DNA of 29,475 nucleotides, from NCBI GenBank assembly GCA_964493715.1, contig CAZBPC010000036.1, positions 1 to 29,475 on the forward strand, written 5' to 3'. The stretch comes from an uncultured archaeon (GTDB lineage Archaea; Asgardarchaeota; Lokiarchaeia; Sigyniarchaeales; SOKP01). The notes under the pieces are model-generated. The model worked only from the letters and a program-made list of their open reading frames with translations. It did no database searches and was not told where the DNA came from. Both the position numbers and the translations under genes were made by a program. Of this stretch, positions 9,075-18,578 are shown piece by piece. Position 1 is the stretch's first letter. Every line of letters begins with the position of its first letter.

Positions 9075-9188
9075 ATGATTGAAATCTCCAAAAAACTTAA
9101 TGAAGATAATATTGATTATGTGGAGAAAAGCAGAAATGGGAATAAACAAGATATCTTAACTGCTAATTGCAGAATATTACAAATTTAA
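9075..9188 (+). CDS. Possible 37-aa small ORF or gene remnant
   Basis: ATG 9075 preceded by GGGGA; MIEISKKLNEDNIDYVEKSRNGNKQDILTANCRILQI; overlaps the next gene end by 12 nt. Confidence 0.2.
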   Translation: MIEISKKLNEDNIDYVEKSRNGNKQDILTANCRILQI

Positions 9189-10031
9189 AAACTCCAATAA
9201 CAAATCTGTTAACTCTTTAAGAATCAAGACTTTAAATTTATCATTCTCTTTAGCCTCAACTTTAATCTTCCCTTTCATGAAAGCATTTATTGGATTTGTT
9301 TCAAATATAACTTCTGCCGAAGTTTTAAATCCCATTTCAAACCTAAGATTTGGATTGCGAGCTTCTCCGATCGCCCAGCCAAACTTTCGATCTAAAATTC
9401 GTATGAAATATTTACCCACATCTACTATATTCATTTGAATAATAAGATCTTCTTCATCTATCAATTTTTTAGCTTTAGCATTGTTATTCGCAAAAGCAGT
9501 TAATATTTCAAAAAATAAAGGTATATGTATTGGCTCTAAAACAGAAAGACCTCTTGCATATATATCAAAAAGCTTTTTTAAGGAGCTAGAATCTGAAATA
9601 AAACTCACCTTACTATCCTTTTCTTTAAGATAATTGATAATAATGAATTCCATAATCTGAAAAAACTCAATCATGTAATATAGATCTCCTTTGATAAGAA
9701 ATAATTCAGAAAAAAAAGCTTCAATAGGATCGACCAATTCACCTACTAATAACTTGAACACAACATCAATGTTAGATGTGAGTAAAAAATCATAATTATT
9801 AATAAGACCATTTCCAAATTCAGCATATCCTTCTTGAATTAGTAGAAAAAAGGGACCTACTTCTTTTATATGTATTAATATTGAAAGATCTTTTCCTTTT
9901 ATATATTCTTGAATATTTTGTGTCTCATTGATCAGACTACAAAATAATGTGAATGCTTTTATTACCTCTTTCATTGTAATAGAATTCTTATCTAAGGTTT
10001 CCAACTCTTTAAGCTTAGGTATAATGTCCAT
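9177..10031 (-). CDS. Tandem (2x) SCP2 sterol/lipid-carrier domain protein
   Basis: Two repeats ending in GELVDPIEAFFSELFLIKGD and TNPINAFMKGKIKVE (SCP2 signature P..AFM.GKLKI.G). Confidence 0.75.
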   Translation of the reverse strand: MDIIPKLKELETLDKNSITMKEVIKAFTLFCSLINETQNIQEYIKGKDLSILIHIKEVGPFFLLIQEGYAEFGNGLINNYDFLLTSNIDVVFKLLVGELVDPIEAFFSELFLIKGDLYYMIEFFQIMEFIIINYLKEKDSKVSFISDSSSLKKLFDIYARGLSVLEPIHIPLFFEILTAFANNNAKAKKLIDEEDLIIQMNIVDVGKYFIRILDRKFGWAIGEARNPNLRFEMGFKTSAEVIFETNPINAFMKGKIKVEAKENDKFKVLILKELTDLLLEFLNL

Positions 10032-10035
10032 CTAA

Positions 10036-11568
10036 TCACTTAATTGAATATATTGAATATTTCTTATCGAGTTTCTCTTTTAATTTAGTTTGAAAGCCAA
10101 ATTGTATTGAATAAAAATCGAATACTAGATTGTCTATTTTTTTTTGTTCAAGAACATAGTTGTATCCTTGATTTTTCTTTTTTTCATTTATTATGTGTCG
10201 TACTATATTCTCGATTTTAGATTTAAAATTTGGAGTTGGAACTAAAAAAGGTAGAGCATGAATTCCCGTAATTTGTATACTGTTAGTGTTGTTTATAACT
10301 CCCTTAGCTAAGTAATTATATAAAGAACTATTTAAAATTCCTAACACATACTCAATTGAAATAGATTTATCTTTTAACATAAAACCGATTGCTTTATTTG
10401 AGTCCCAACGACAGCCTTCAGGCATGTATCGAGCTGCGAGTCGAGAACTAACCCCACTTATAACAATTCCTTCCTCTAAGAATGGAACATTAGAAGGAAT
10501 ATCATAAATTTTTATCGATTCCTCTTCCCACTTCAATGCTTCGATGATAGGACGATAATATTGGTCCCCTCCACCACGTTTTAAATATGGACACCATTCT
10601 TTATCACTAAGAGTCTCTTCTGAAATTATAGTATATTTTTTATCTTTTTCCTGAATTTTTTCATTCTTTTTGCTGAAAATCTTTGCTAGATCACTTCCTT
10701 TGACTGCAGCTATATATTTTCTGTTATCATGAGTATGCATACCTATATATCCTTGTAGATAATGCTTCATTTTTGGAGCTTTTTCAAATAGTCTTATGAT
10801 TTGTTCTTCAACTTCGAGGTGAAATATGTAAAAAGGTAAACTATGGTATTTTTTTTGTGCAATTTGATATTCAATTGGTGGATTAATGTACTCTCTTTCA
10901 TTTTCTACTCGAGGAATAACTCTCATCAAATTTCTATTTCTTTCTTCTTTATATTTTGAACCCGTGAATTTGGTCAAAATTGTAATGACTGGATTTGTAT
11001 TCACATTTTGATTATCAAATAAATTAGCCGGCGCTAACATGACTTCATTAATTTTACAATTTTCAAGAATAAACCTTCTTAGTTTTGTATGCGTGCTTAA
11101 TGTTAAAAATGAATCGCTGGTGATAAATCCCAGTTTTCCCCCTTCCTTTAAACGCCAAATTGAATTTACAATGAACATTGAATAGGTTTCGTGAGCATTA
11201 ATCTTTCCATAAATCTTTTTTAGTTCAGTTTTGTTTTTTCTCACGTATTTACTCGCTTTGTTCAAGTAAGGAGGATTTCCAACAATAAAATCGTATTCAT
11301 TATAACATTCTGAATTAAACGAAAGTAAATTATCTAAAATTTTAAAGTGTACACCTAAATCTTTAATATAATCTTTATAATCGGGATTTATATCATAGCA
11401 AAAGATTTGGGATTTATTTACACCCGACTTTATTAGGGATTTAACAAAAACGCCGGTACCTACACATGGATCTAATACTTTATGTGTTTCTTTTATTTTT
11501 CCTAAACTAAATACAATATATTCTGCAGTTTTTGGGGGTGTAAAGACAGTCCCTAATTCGTTTTCCAT
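10036..11568 (-). CDS. N6-adenine DNA methyltransferase, gamma class (M.TaqI/Eco57I-M-like), no cognate REase seen
   Basis: GTVFTP, motif I VLDPCVGTGVF, motif IV IVGNPPY, LKEGGKLGFIT, TaqI_C-like YVLGILNSSL. Confidence 0.88.
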   Translation of the reverse strand: MENELGTVFTPPKTAEYIVFSLGKIKETHKVLDPCVGTGVFVKSLIKSGVNKSQIFCYDINPDYKDYIKDLGVHFKILDNLLSFNSECYNEYDFIVGNPPYLNKASKYVRKNKTELKKIYGKINAHETYSMFIVNSIWRLKEGGKLGFITSDSFLTLSTHTKLRRFILENCKINEVMLAPANLFDNQNVNTNPVITILTKFTGSKYKEERNRNLMRVIPRVENEREYINPPIEYQIAQKKYHSLPFYIFHLEVEEQIIRLFEKAPKMKHYLQGYIGMHTHDNRKYIAAVKGSDLAKIFSKKNEKIQEKDKKYTIISEETLSDKEWCPYLKRGGGDQYYRPIIEALKWEEESIKIYDIPSNVPFLEEGIVISGVSSRLAARYMPEGCRWDSNKAIGFMLKDKSISIEYVLGILNSSLYNYLAKGVINNTNSIQITGIHALPFLVPTPNFKSKIENIVRHIINEKKKNQGYNYVLEQKKIDNLVFDFYSIQFGFQTKLKEKLDKKYSIYSIK

Positions 11569-11605
11569 CTAAATAAAATTTATCATTTTAAATGTGTTTT
11601 TAAAA

Positions 11606-12787
11606 TCAATAACTAAATTGGTTATCATAGGATATTAAATTTTCGATGATCATTTCACACAATCTCTTTAGCAAAGAGCTATCTACTTTATCTACAGTAT
11701 CATGAATTGAATGAATAAATTCATATGATTCCATATCAGCAAAGCCAAATCCATGAAAACCTTCCTTTTTTAAATAATATCCATCAGAATGGGAACCAAA
11801 ATAAATTCTTTTAGGATTTCTTTTAATAATCAAATCCTTATTATTCTTTGAAAACATGTTAAAAATAGTGTAGATTTGCTCATTCATCTTTTTACCAGGA
11901 AATACGTAAGTATTTTTAGCAACCGCATCAAAATTAAAAATAATAGACTCATCACGATTAACATGTGTTAATATTTTGCAAAAATTCCTGATTCCCATGG
12001 TGCCACATTCTTCTGCTCCTGTAAATACAAAATATAAATTAAAATGTTTTAATCTAAATTCTGGATTTGAGAAAAATGTAAGTATTTCTAAGATGCACGC
12101 GATACCCGAAGCATTATCAATTGCTCCTCTAGAATCGTTATTTGTTGTATTTAAAAATACTAATATAGTAGATATGAAGTAAATAGTTATGGGGAAGATT
12201 CCTATAATATAAAACAGCAAGGAAAATGGAGTAAAAACATAATTCTTCAAGATTGTAATAATTAATAATATCAATCCTGAAAATACCCAAGTTCTTATAA
12301 TTCTTATACGGCCAAGAATCGAAAATCTTTGTCCTTTTGAATCTAAATGACATAAAAACAAAACATTCCTTTCTTGGTCATTTAATTTTGATTTAATAAT
12401 TTCTGAATTATTCATTAGATTTACGTAGAGGTTACTAGAGCTCAATTTCTTAGGTAATCTTATGGACTCAGGCTTTCTCGTAAGAATGAATAAAAGACCC
12501 AAAATTATCATAAAAGTTAAAGATATAATGAATTCTCCAAAATTTAAATAGAATAAAAAGAGAACCACGAATCCTAATGAAAAAGCTATCTTTGGATAGG
12601 TTCTTCCAAAAAACGTACTAAAAACGAAATCTTGGGTTAACGGTTTTAGATTCAATTCCTCAATCTTTAGGATAGCTAATTGCAGAGCTTTTTTTTCTCC
12701 CTCAGTTCCTGATAATCTCGGAAAGGAAAACAATTCTAAGTTCTTTCTAATGCGATTTTCATTCATCATATTAATCATAGAATACAA
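11606..12787 (-). CDS. Membrane-embedded M28-family metallopeptidase
   Basis: PRLSGTEGE, CHLDSK, GAIDNASG, GAEECG, NFD, SD, IHSIHDT plus 4 TM helices. Confidence 0.85.
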   Translation of the reverse strand: MYSMINMMNENRIRKNLELFSFPRLSGTEGEKKALQLAILKIEELNLKPLTQDFVFSTFFGRTYPKIAFSLGFVVLFLFYLNFGEFIISLTFMIILGLLFILTRKPESIRLPKKLSSSNLYVNLMNNSEIIKSKLNDQERNVLFLCHLDSKGQRFSILGRIRIIRTWVFSGLILLIITILKNYVFTPFSLLFYIIGIFPITIYFISTILVFLNTTNNDSRGAIDNASGIACILEILTFFSNPEFRLKHFNLYFVFTGAEECGTMGIRNFCKILTHVNRDESIIFNFDAVAKNTYVFPGKKMNEQIYTIFNMFSKNNKDLIIKRNPKRIYFGSHSDGYYLKKEGFHGFGFADMESYEFIHSIHDTVDKVDSSLLKRLCEMIIENLISYDNQFSY

Positions 12788-12789
12788 TT

Positions 12790-14448
12790 TTAGTCTAAAT
12801 AAGCTCCATATTTTGCTGAACTTACTAACTTTCTATATATTTTTAAATAACCAGTTAATACTTCTTGTTCTGGTTTTTTCCATTTTGTAAATCTCCGTTT
12901 TATTTCACTTTCATCAATTAGTATGTTTAACTTACGGTTATTAATATCTATCTCTATAATGTCTCCATCCTTAACAATCGCTATTGGTCCTCCTTCATAG
13001 GCTTCAGGGCAAATATGTCCAATACAAGGACCTCTAGTAGCACCAGAAAATCTCCCATCAGTTATCATTGCTACACTATTTCCTAATCCCATACCAACTA
13101 AAATTGCAGCAGGAATAGATAATTCTCGCATACCTGGAGAACCTTTAGGACCTTCGTATCTTATGACTAACACATCTCCTTCCCTTATTCTTCCAGAAAA
13201 TAAAGCTTCCTTGACATCTTCTTCACATTCAAAAACCTTGGCAGGACCTTTATGATATCTCATCTCATTCTTTATTGCACTTTGTTTAATTATAGCTCCA
13301 TCTGGTGCTAAATTACCTTTTAGTACCGCAATGCCTCCCTCGTGATATATTGGATCATCTAAATCTCGAATTATTTGATGATCCTCGATCTTAATTAAAT
13401 CTAGATAATCCTTGAGTTTTAATCCTAAAACGGAATTTGCAGTTAAATCCAATAATTTAGACATTTTTTTCATCAAGACCTTTACCCCTCCCGCTTCATA
13501 AAAATCTGAAACATTATATTCAGATGCAGGTTTAAATTTTGCTAGTAAGGGTATTACTTTACTAAATTCATCAAAATTAAAATGATTTAAATTCCCCCCT
13601 ATTTCATGAGATAAAGCGCTCATGTGAAGTATCATGTTACTAGAACCGCCAATAGCTAATGCTACTTTAATGGCATTCTTTATAGAATTCTCAGTTATCA
13701 AATCAAGAGCTCTAATATTTTTGTTAATCAATTCTATGATACATTTTCCTGATTCTTTGCACAATAATTTTCTCTCTTCACTTATTGCACTCATGGTTGC
13801 ACAATCTGGCAATGATAGCCCCATTGCTTCCACAATGCAGGCCATTGTAGTCGCTGTTCCCATCATATTACATGCTCCAGGACTACAACACGTTTGTTCT
13901 TCAATCAATTTAAATTCCTCTTTAGTTAGTTTGCCGATTTGATATTCCCCAATTGCTTCTTTAATATCCGAGGTTACGAAAGTTCTTCCTTTTAATGGAC
14001 CATCATAGAAATGTTTAGGTTCCATAATTCCACCAGTTACAAAGATAGTTGGGATATTACACCTTGCAGCTGCCAGTAACATGCCCGGAATTATCTTATC
14101 GCACGAACAGAGCATTACCATCCCATCGAAATTATAAGCTTTAATCGTACATTCAATAGAATTAGCAATAACTTCTCGGGATGGCAATATATATTTTGAA
14201 TTGTTTCCAGAATTTGCAATACCATCGCAAGAACCTATAGTATTGAATTCCATGGGCGTAGCTCCCATTTCTTTAATAGTATCCTTTATTATACTAGATA
14301 AATCACGTAAATGTATATGTCCTGGATTGATCTCGCTCCAAGAATTTACAATAGCTATCCTTGATTTGGCTAGATCTTCATTTGAAAATCCACAACCGTG
14401 AAATAATGCTCTCTCATATGCTTTCCTAACATCTAATTCTCTATTCAA
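12790..14448 (-). CDS. ilvD: Dihydroxy-acid dehydratase (IlvD/Edd family)
   Basis: [66 protein letters not shown]; TTG start with GAGGGTGGGG SD. Confidence 0.9.
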   Translation of the reverse strand: MNRELDVRKAYERALFHGCGFSNEDLAKSRIAIVNSWSEINPGHIHLRDLSSIIKDTIKEMGATPMEFNTIGSCDGIANSGNNSKYILPSREVIANSIECTIKAYNFDGMVMLCSCDKIIPGMLLAAARCNIPTIFVTGGIMEPKHFYDGPLKGRTFVTSDIKEAIGEYQIGKLTKEEFKLIEEQTCCSPGACNMMGTATTMACIVEAMGLSLPDCATMSAISEERKLLCKESGKCIIELINKNIRALDLITENSIKNAIKVALAIGGSSNMILHMSALSHEIGGNLNHFNFDEFSKVIPLLAKFKPASEYNVSDFYEAGGVKVLMKKMSKLLDLTANSVLGLKLKDYLDLIKIEDHQIIRDLDDPIYHEGGIAVLKGNLAPDGAIIKQSAIKNEMRYHKGPAKVFECEEDVKEALFSGRIREGDVLVIRYEGPKGSPGMRELSIPAAILVGMGLGNSVAMITDGRFSGATRGPCIGHICPEAYEGGPIAIVKDGDIIEIDINNRKLNILIDESEIKRRFTKWKKPEQEVLTGYLKIYRKLVSSAKYGAYLD

Positions 14449-14579
14449 TGAATAACCCCACCCTCTTTAATTTTTAAATATCAAAACATTGACCAATCAC
14501 GTTTTTAATTAAATTCGGTATTTTTTAAATATCAAAGAAACATAGTTGTTATATTTAATTAAAAATTTTAAAAATTATT

Positions 14580-15689
14580 ATGTTAAATGTTGGGATCATA
14601 GGAACTGGAGTAATTTTCGATTTACATATTCTTGGTTATTTAAATAATCCAGATGCTAAAGTTATTGCTTTATGCAATAGGACAGTAGAAAAAGCAAGAG
14701 AGAAAATTCACAAATTTAAACTAGATGAAAATATTCCGGTTTATTCAAATTATAAAGAAATGTTAGATATCGAGGATTTAGATATTGTTGAAATTCTCAC
14801 ACCACATCATCTACATGCTGAGATGACGATATATGCTGCTAATAAAGGCGTGAAAGCTATATCCGTTCAGAAACCAATGGCACTTAATTTGAAAGAAGCT
14901 GATGAGATGATTAATGCTTGTGTGAATAATGGTTCAATCCTTTCAGTTTTTGAAAATTTCTTTTTTGCTCCTCACATAAAGAAGGCAAAGCATTTAATTG
15001 ATGATGATTACATAGGGGATCCTACTTCAATAAGAATAAAAACTATAATGGGCTTGACTGGTGGATGGAGTATTCCAAAAAGTGCAAATATATGGCGTAA
15101 AGATCCTAAAAAGATAGGAGGTTCTCAAGAAGGATCCCCAGTTCTTCTAGATAATGGTTGGCATGCGTTTTCTTTAGCTTCTTGGATGATTGGGGAAGAA
15201 ATTGAGAAAGTTTTTGCTTGGACAGATAAGTTCCATGGTATTGATGCTCCCGCATACGTGATGTTTAAATATAAACAAATCAACGAACATGTTGTTCCCC
15301 AGTATGGACACATGGAGTTTGTCTTGATGCCAGATGTTAAAATCCCCTCTAATTATTATCCTACTGATGAATTTATCGAAATCATAGCAAGTCGTGGTAT
15401 TATGAAAATTAATCAAGGAACTTCAATTGGCAATCAAATGTCTGATTCAGAAATTTTTGCTCCAATAATTATAATTAGAGATGGTAAAATTGAAAGATGG
15501 GATGATTTTGAGAAAGATTGGAAATATAGTTTTATCAATGCTACGAAAAGTTTCATTGAATCTATAAAAGAAAAAAGGGAACCCGCATTATCTGGAAAAA
15601 GAGCACGAGAAATCTTGAAATTTAATTTAGCTGCAATAAAATCAGCAGAATTAGGACGTGAAATATATCTAGAAGAAATAGAAAATTAA
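14580..15689 (+). CDS. Gfo/Idh/MocA-family NAD(P)-dependent oxidoreductase
   Basis: VGIIGTGVI, DIVEILTPHHLH, SVQKPMA, WR.DP...GG, LDNGWH. Confidence 0.9.
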   Translation: MLNVGIIGTGVIFDLHILGYLNNPDAKVIALCNRTVEKAREKIHKFKLDENIPVYSNYKEMLDIEDLDIVEILTPHHLHAEMTIYAANKGVKAISVQKPMALNLKEADEMINACVNNGSILSVFENFFFAPHIKKAKHLIDDDYIGDPTSIRIKTIMGLTGGWSIPKSANIWRKDPKKIGGSQEGSPVLLDNGWHAFSLASWMIGEEIEKVFAWTDKFHGIDAPAYVMFKYKQINEHVVPQYGHMEFVLMPDVKIPSNYYPTDEFIEIIASRGIMKINQGTSIGNQMSDSEIFAPIIIIRDGKIERWDDFEKDWKYSFINATKSFIESIKEKREPALSGKRAREILKFNLAAIKSAELGREIYLEEIEN

Positions 15690-15692
15690 ATT

Positions 15693-16949
15693 CTATTTTT
15701 CATACTGGTATTTAAAAATTCTATTTTCTAATCCTTGTTTTATTCCTTTTCGTAAATCAGCTTTAGATCTCCTTGAATATTTTGTCAGACCACTTTGATC
15801 CAAATCTGTTGGTTCAATAACCTTACAAGATTTATTCTGCTCATTTTCAATCGTCATATCTTCCCAGAACACGGGTTTATTTTGTTGTTGCGATACATAA
15901 GGCATTTTAGCAAAAATACATAAATTTTTCCCTTGTTCACCCGTATAAATCGGGTCACTATTCTCTTTAATAGCGTTGATAAAGTGTTCAGTTGAATTTA
16001 TAAAAGAGTACCTCCAATCTCTTGGGAGATCTTGACCATATATTTTTATTTCGCCATCTACATAAGTGACAATTGGTGGAAATTCGGGACTTTTAGAGAT
16101 GAAATTCCCTGCCGAAGTACATTGATTTAGCCACATCATTCCTTTAGTACCCGTTATTTCAATGTATTCATCACAATCATAATAGTTGCTTGGATAATAT
16201 ACATTTGGAGCTAAAGTAAATTGGAACGTGCCATACTTTGGTGGATCATCCTCATTTTTACTTGGATACTTCCAAAAAATATAATTTGGAGAGTCCATTA
16301 TAGTTGCAAAATAATCTATCCATCCGTATACCTTTTCAACTCGATCCTCATCCATCAACCATAGTGCCATGGAAAATTTATGAGTTCCATCATCATAAAC
16401 ATGCGGACCTCCACCACAAGTATCAATTCTATGGCGCCAAACAAGAGATTTGAGATCTCGGGGCATGCTTGGACCTCCAGTCAATATGGTATTTATTCTA
16501 AAGGTTAATAATTCTCCTATTATCCCTTGATCAAGCAGTTCTTTAGCTTTAAGATGTGATGGATAAAATCTGAAGTTCTCATACAACTTAAGTTTTACTT
16601 TTTCTTGCTTGCATACTTGAATGATTCTTTCACAATCCGATATGGTATGAGCTAAAGGTTTTTGAACAGAAATTCCAGAAATCCCGGCTTTGGCGGCATA
16701 TTCTGTCATTGGAGCGTGTAAATGATGTGGTGTGAGAATTTCAATAATATCAAGGTCCTCATTGTCAATCATTTTAGTATAATCTTGATATATTTTTATT
16801 GTTCTAAGTCCCCATCGCTCTAACTTTTGACCTGCATTAATTAGATCCAAATCGCTCACTGCAACCACTTCTGCATCGGGTGAATGTAAATACCCTAAAA
16901 TATTCAAATTAGCGATTTCCCCAGTCCCAATAATTCCAACTCTTAACAT
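15693..16949 (-). CDS. Gfo/Idh/MocA-family oxidoreductase (paralogue, C-terminally extended)
   Basis: VGIIGTGEI, DIIEILTPHHLH, SVQKPLA, GGGPHVYDDGTH. Confidence 0.9.
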   Translation of the reverse strand: MLRVGIIGTGEIANLNILGYLHSPDAEVVAVSDLDLINAGQKLERWGLRTIKIYQDYTKMIDNEDLDIIEILTPHHLHAPMTEYAAKAGISGISVQKPLAHTISDCERIIQVCKQEKVKLKLYENFRFYPSHLKAKELLDQGIIGELLTFRINTILTGGPSMPRDLKSLVWRHRIDTCGGGPHVYDDGTHKFSMALWLMDEDRVEKVYGWIDYFATIMDSPNYIFWKYPSKNEDDPPKYGTFQFTLAPNVYYPSNYYDCDEYIEITGTKGMMWLNQCTSAGNFISKSPEFPPIVTYVDGEIKIYGQDLPRDWRYSFINSTEHFINAIKENSDPIYTGEQGKNLCIFAKMPYVSQQQNKPVFWEDMTIENEQNKSCKVIEPTDLDQSGLTKYSRRSKADLRKGIKQGLENRIFKYQYEK

Positions 16950-17048
16950 GTTCTCAAAAATATCAATATTTAATAAATGATTTAAATTATCTTAAGATTA
17001 AAAATTTTTATATACATAATAGCTTGAAGCTAATAACAAGTTTTTAAT

Positions 17049-17075
17049 AAAAAAAAGTGATAAAACAAAAAAAAA
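17049..17075 (-). terminator. Oligo-T terminator candidate downstream of the SCP2 gene
   Basis: A8 and A9 runs on + strand (T-runs on -) 35-60 nt past the stop at 17110. Confidence 0.4.
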
Positions 17076-17109
17076 TTGAATATTGTAGTATTATATCGTG
17101 GGATGGTTT

Positions 17110-17541
17110 TTATTCCATATTTTCCATTGCCATGCTCAGGATTTCTCCATATGCAATGGCATCTTGAAGATTTCCTTCTATTACTAAATCTCCGGACATG
17201 TAGGCGCTAGTGGAATCAAGTTCACCCGATGCTAAACCTGCCCAAGTTGCTCCTGTAGCGGACATAGTTACTCCAGGGTCATCAACTTCTCCCTCTGCAT
17301 AATCGAATTTACCTTCACCTAAAATGATATAATATTTATAAACTGGATCTGCATCAGTGACAATCATTTGAACTTTCGTTTCATCCATATCTTCAAGTTC
17401 TTCTTTCAAGTCTTCATCTTCTGCAGCAACTTGCTTGATAAACTCATACATTTTTAAAGCATCAGAGGGTTCACTTGTCCCCTTTTCTCTCATTTCTTTT
17501 AATTCTTTTATTAAATTTTCATCAACCATATATAAATTCAT
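17110..17541 (-). CDS. Acidic single-domain SCP2 lipid-carrier protein
   Basis: GEVDDPGVTMSA...W..LASGELDSTSAYMSGDLVIEGNL SCP2 pattern; TTTAAATA TATA box at 17589-17596 (-). Confidence 0.85.
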   Translation of the reverse strand: MNLYMVDENLIKELKEMREKGTSEPSDALKMYEFIKQVAAEDEDLKEELEDMDETKVQMIVTDADPVYKYYIILGEGKFDYAEGEVDDPGVTMSATGATWAGLASGELDSTSAYMSGDLVIEGNLQDAIAYGEILSMAMENME

Positions 17542-17775
17542 CTCACTATTCTTTTTTATTTAGTATATTGAAAGTTATGATATACTCCTATTTAAAAATG
17601 CAATTTTATTTATCAATATGATCATTTTTGGCTCTAGTCAAAATTTGACAAAAAAAATCTGATCTGACTAATTTAAATAGCTTTTTATGATTTTTACTAT
17701 TCTAACAATTAATATTATTTTAAGTGGGAATTCTTTAATAGCAATTGAAAAATTACCGTTTTATAACAAAAATTT

Positions 17776-18528
17776 TTGATGATTTTTATGAGTGTATTAT
17801 CTGATTTACTCTTAGTATTATTTACTTATATCTATGTCTTCGCTACAATTCTCATTCCCGTGTATCTAAAAAAAAAAGATAAGATTTCGAAGTTTCAAGC
17901 TCGAAAAGCAGTGCACTTATTTGCAGGGTTAAGTATATTTTCAATACCTTATTTTGAATGGTCTTGGTGGGCTGTAATAATCGCTGGTTCACTAACTTTA
18001 TTAGTATATATGAGTTCAAAAAAATCAAAAATAAAACAATTAAAAGAATTGTACGAGTCCATAGGAGAAGAAGCTGAAGAACAAGCAGGATATCTTCAAG
18101 GACCGTTTCACTATTGCATGTCTATAACACTATTGATGCTTGTATTTGTTATTTTTGCTCCATCTCAAATGTATTTTCCACTTTCCGCAATTTTGTTGAT
18201 GATTATTTCAGATACATTAGCATCAGTTATTGGAAAAAGATATGGGAAGCATAATATAAAAATTCCTTGGATTAAAGGAATAAGGACTCTTGAAGGCTCA
18301 TTAGCATTTTTCATTAGTGGTTTTATCGTATGTTTTTTAGCTTTCAGTTTATTTGGAGTCACCAACCCTATTACCCAAACACATATAAGTCTTGTAGAGG
18401 CAATATTATACTCTTTAATTGCGAGTGTTTTAGCAACTTTAATTGAAATGTTTTCACCGAGTACATGGGATGATTTAACTGTACCAATTTTAACGGCATT
18501 AATTATATTTTTATTAACTTTAATATAA
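17776..18528 (+). CDS. CTP-dependent polyprenol/diacylglycerol kinase family (phytol/dolichol kinase, Dgk1-like)
   Basis: ARKAVH, SDTLASVIGKRYG, RTLEGSLAFF, LIE...WDDLTVP; multi-TM. Confidence 0.82.
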   Translation: MMIFMSVLSDLLLVLFTYIYVFATILIPVYLKKKDKISKFQARKAVHLFAGLSIFSIPYFEWSWWAVIIAGSLTLLVYMSSKKSKIKQLKELYESIGEEAEEQAGYLQGPFHYCMSITLLMLVFVIFAPSQMYFPLSAILLMIISDTLASVIGKRYGKHNIKIPWIKGIRTLEGSLAFFISGFIVCFLAFSLFGVTNPITQTHISLVEAILYSLIASVLATLIEMFSPSTWDDLTVPILTALIIFLLTLI

Positions 18529-18578
18529 AAAAAATTTATTTTCCTTTTTTACTTGAATAAAAATTACAAAGAGCGCTA

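Noticed and set aside
6473-14448. ilvB + ilvD branched-chain amino acid operon
   Set aside because: Opposite strands, no ilvN/ilvC, and the ThDP enzyme has IolD-like motifs; no ilvB symbol assigned
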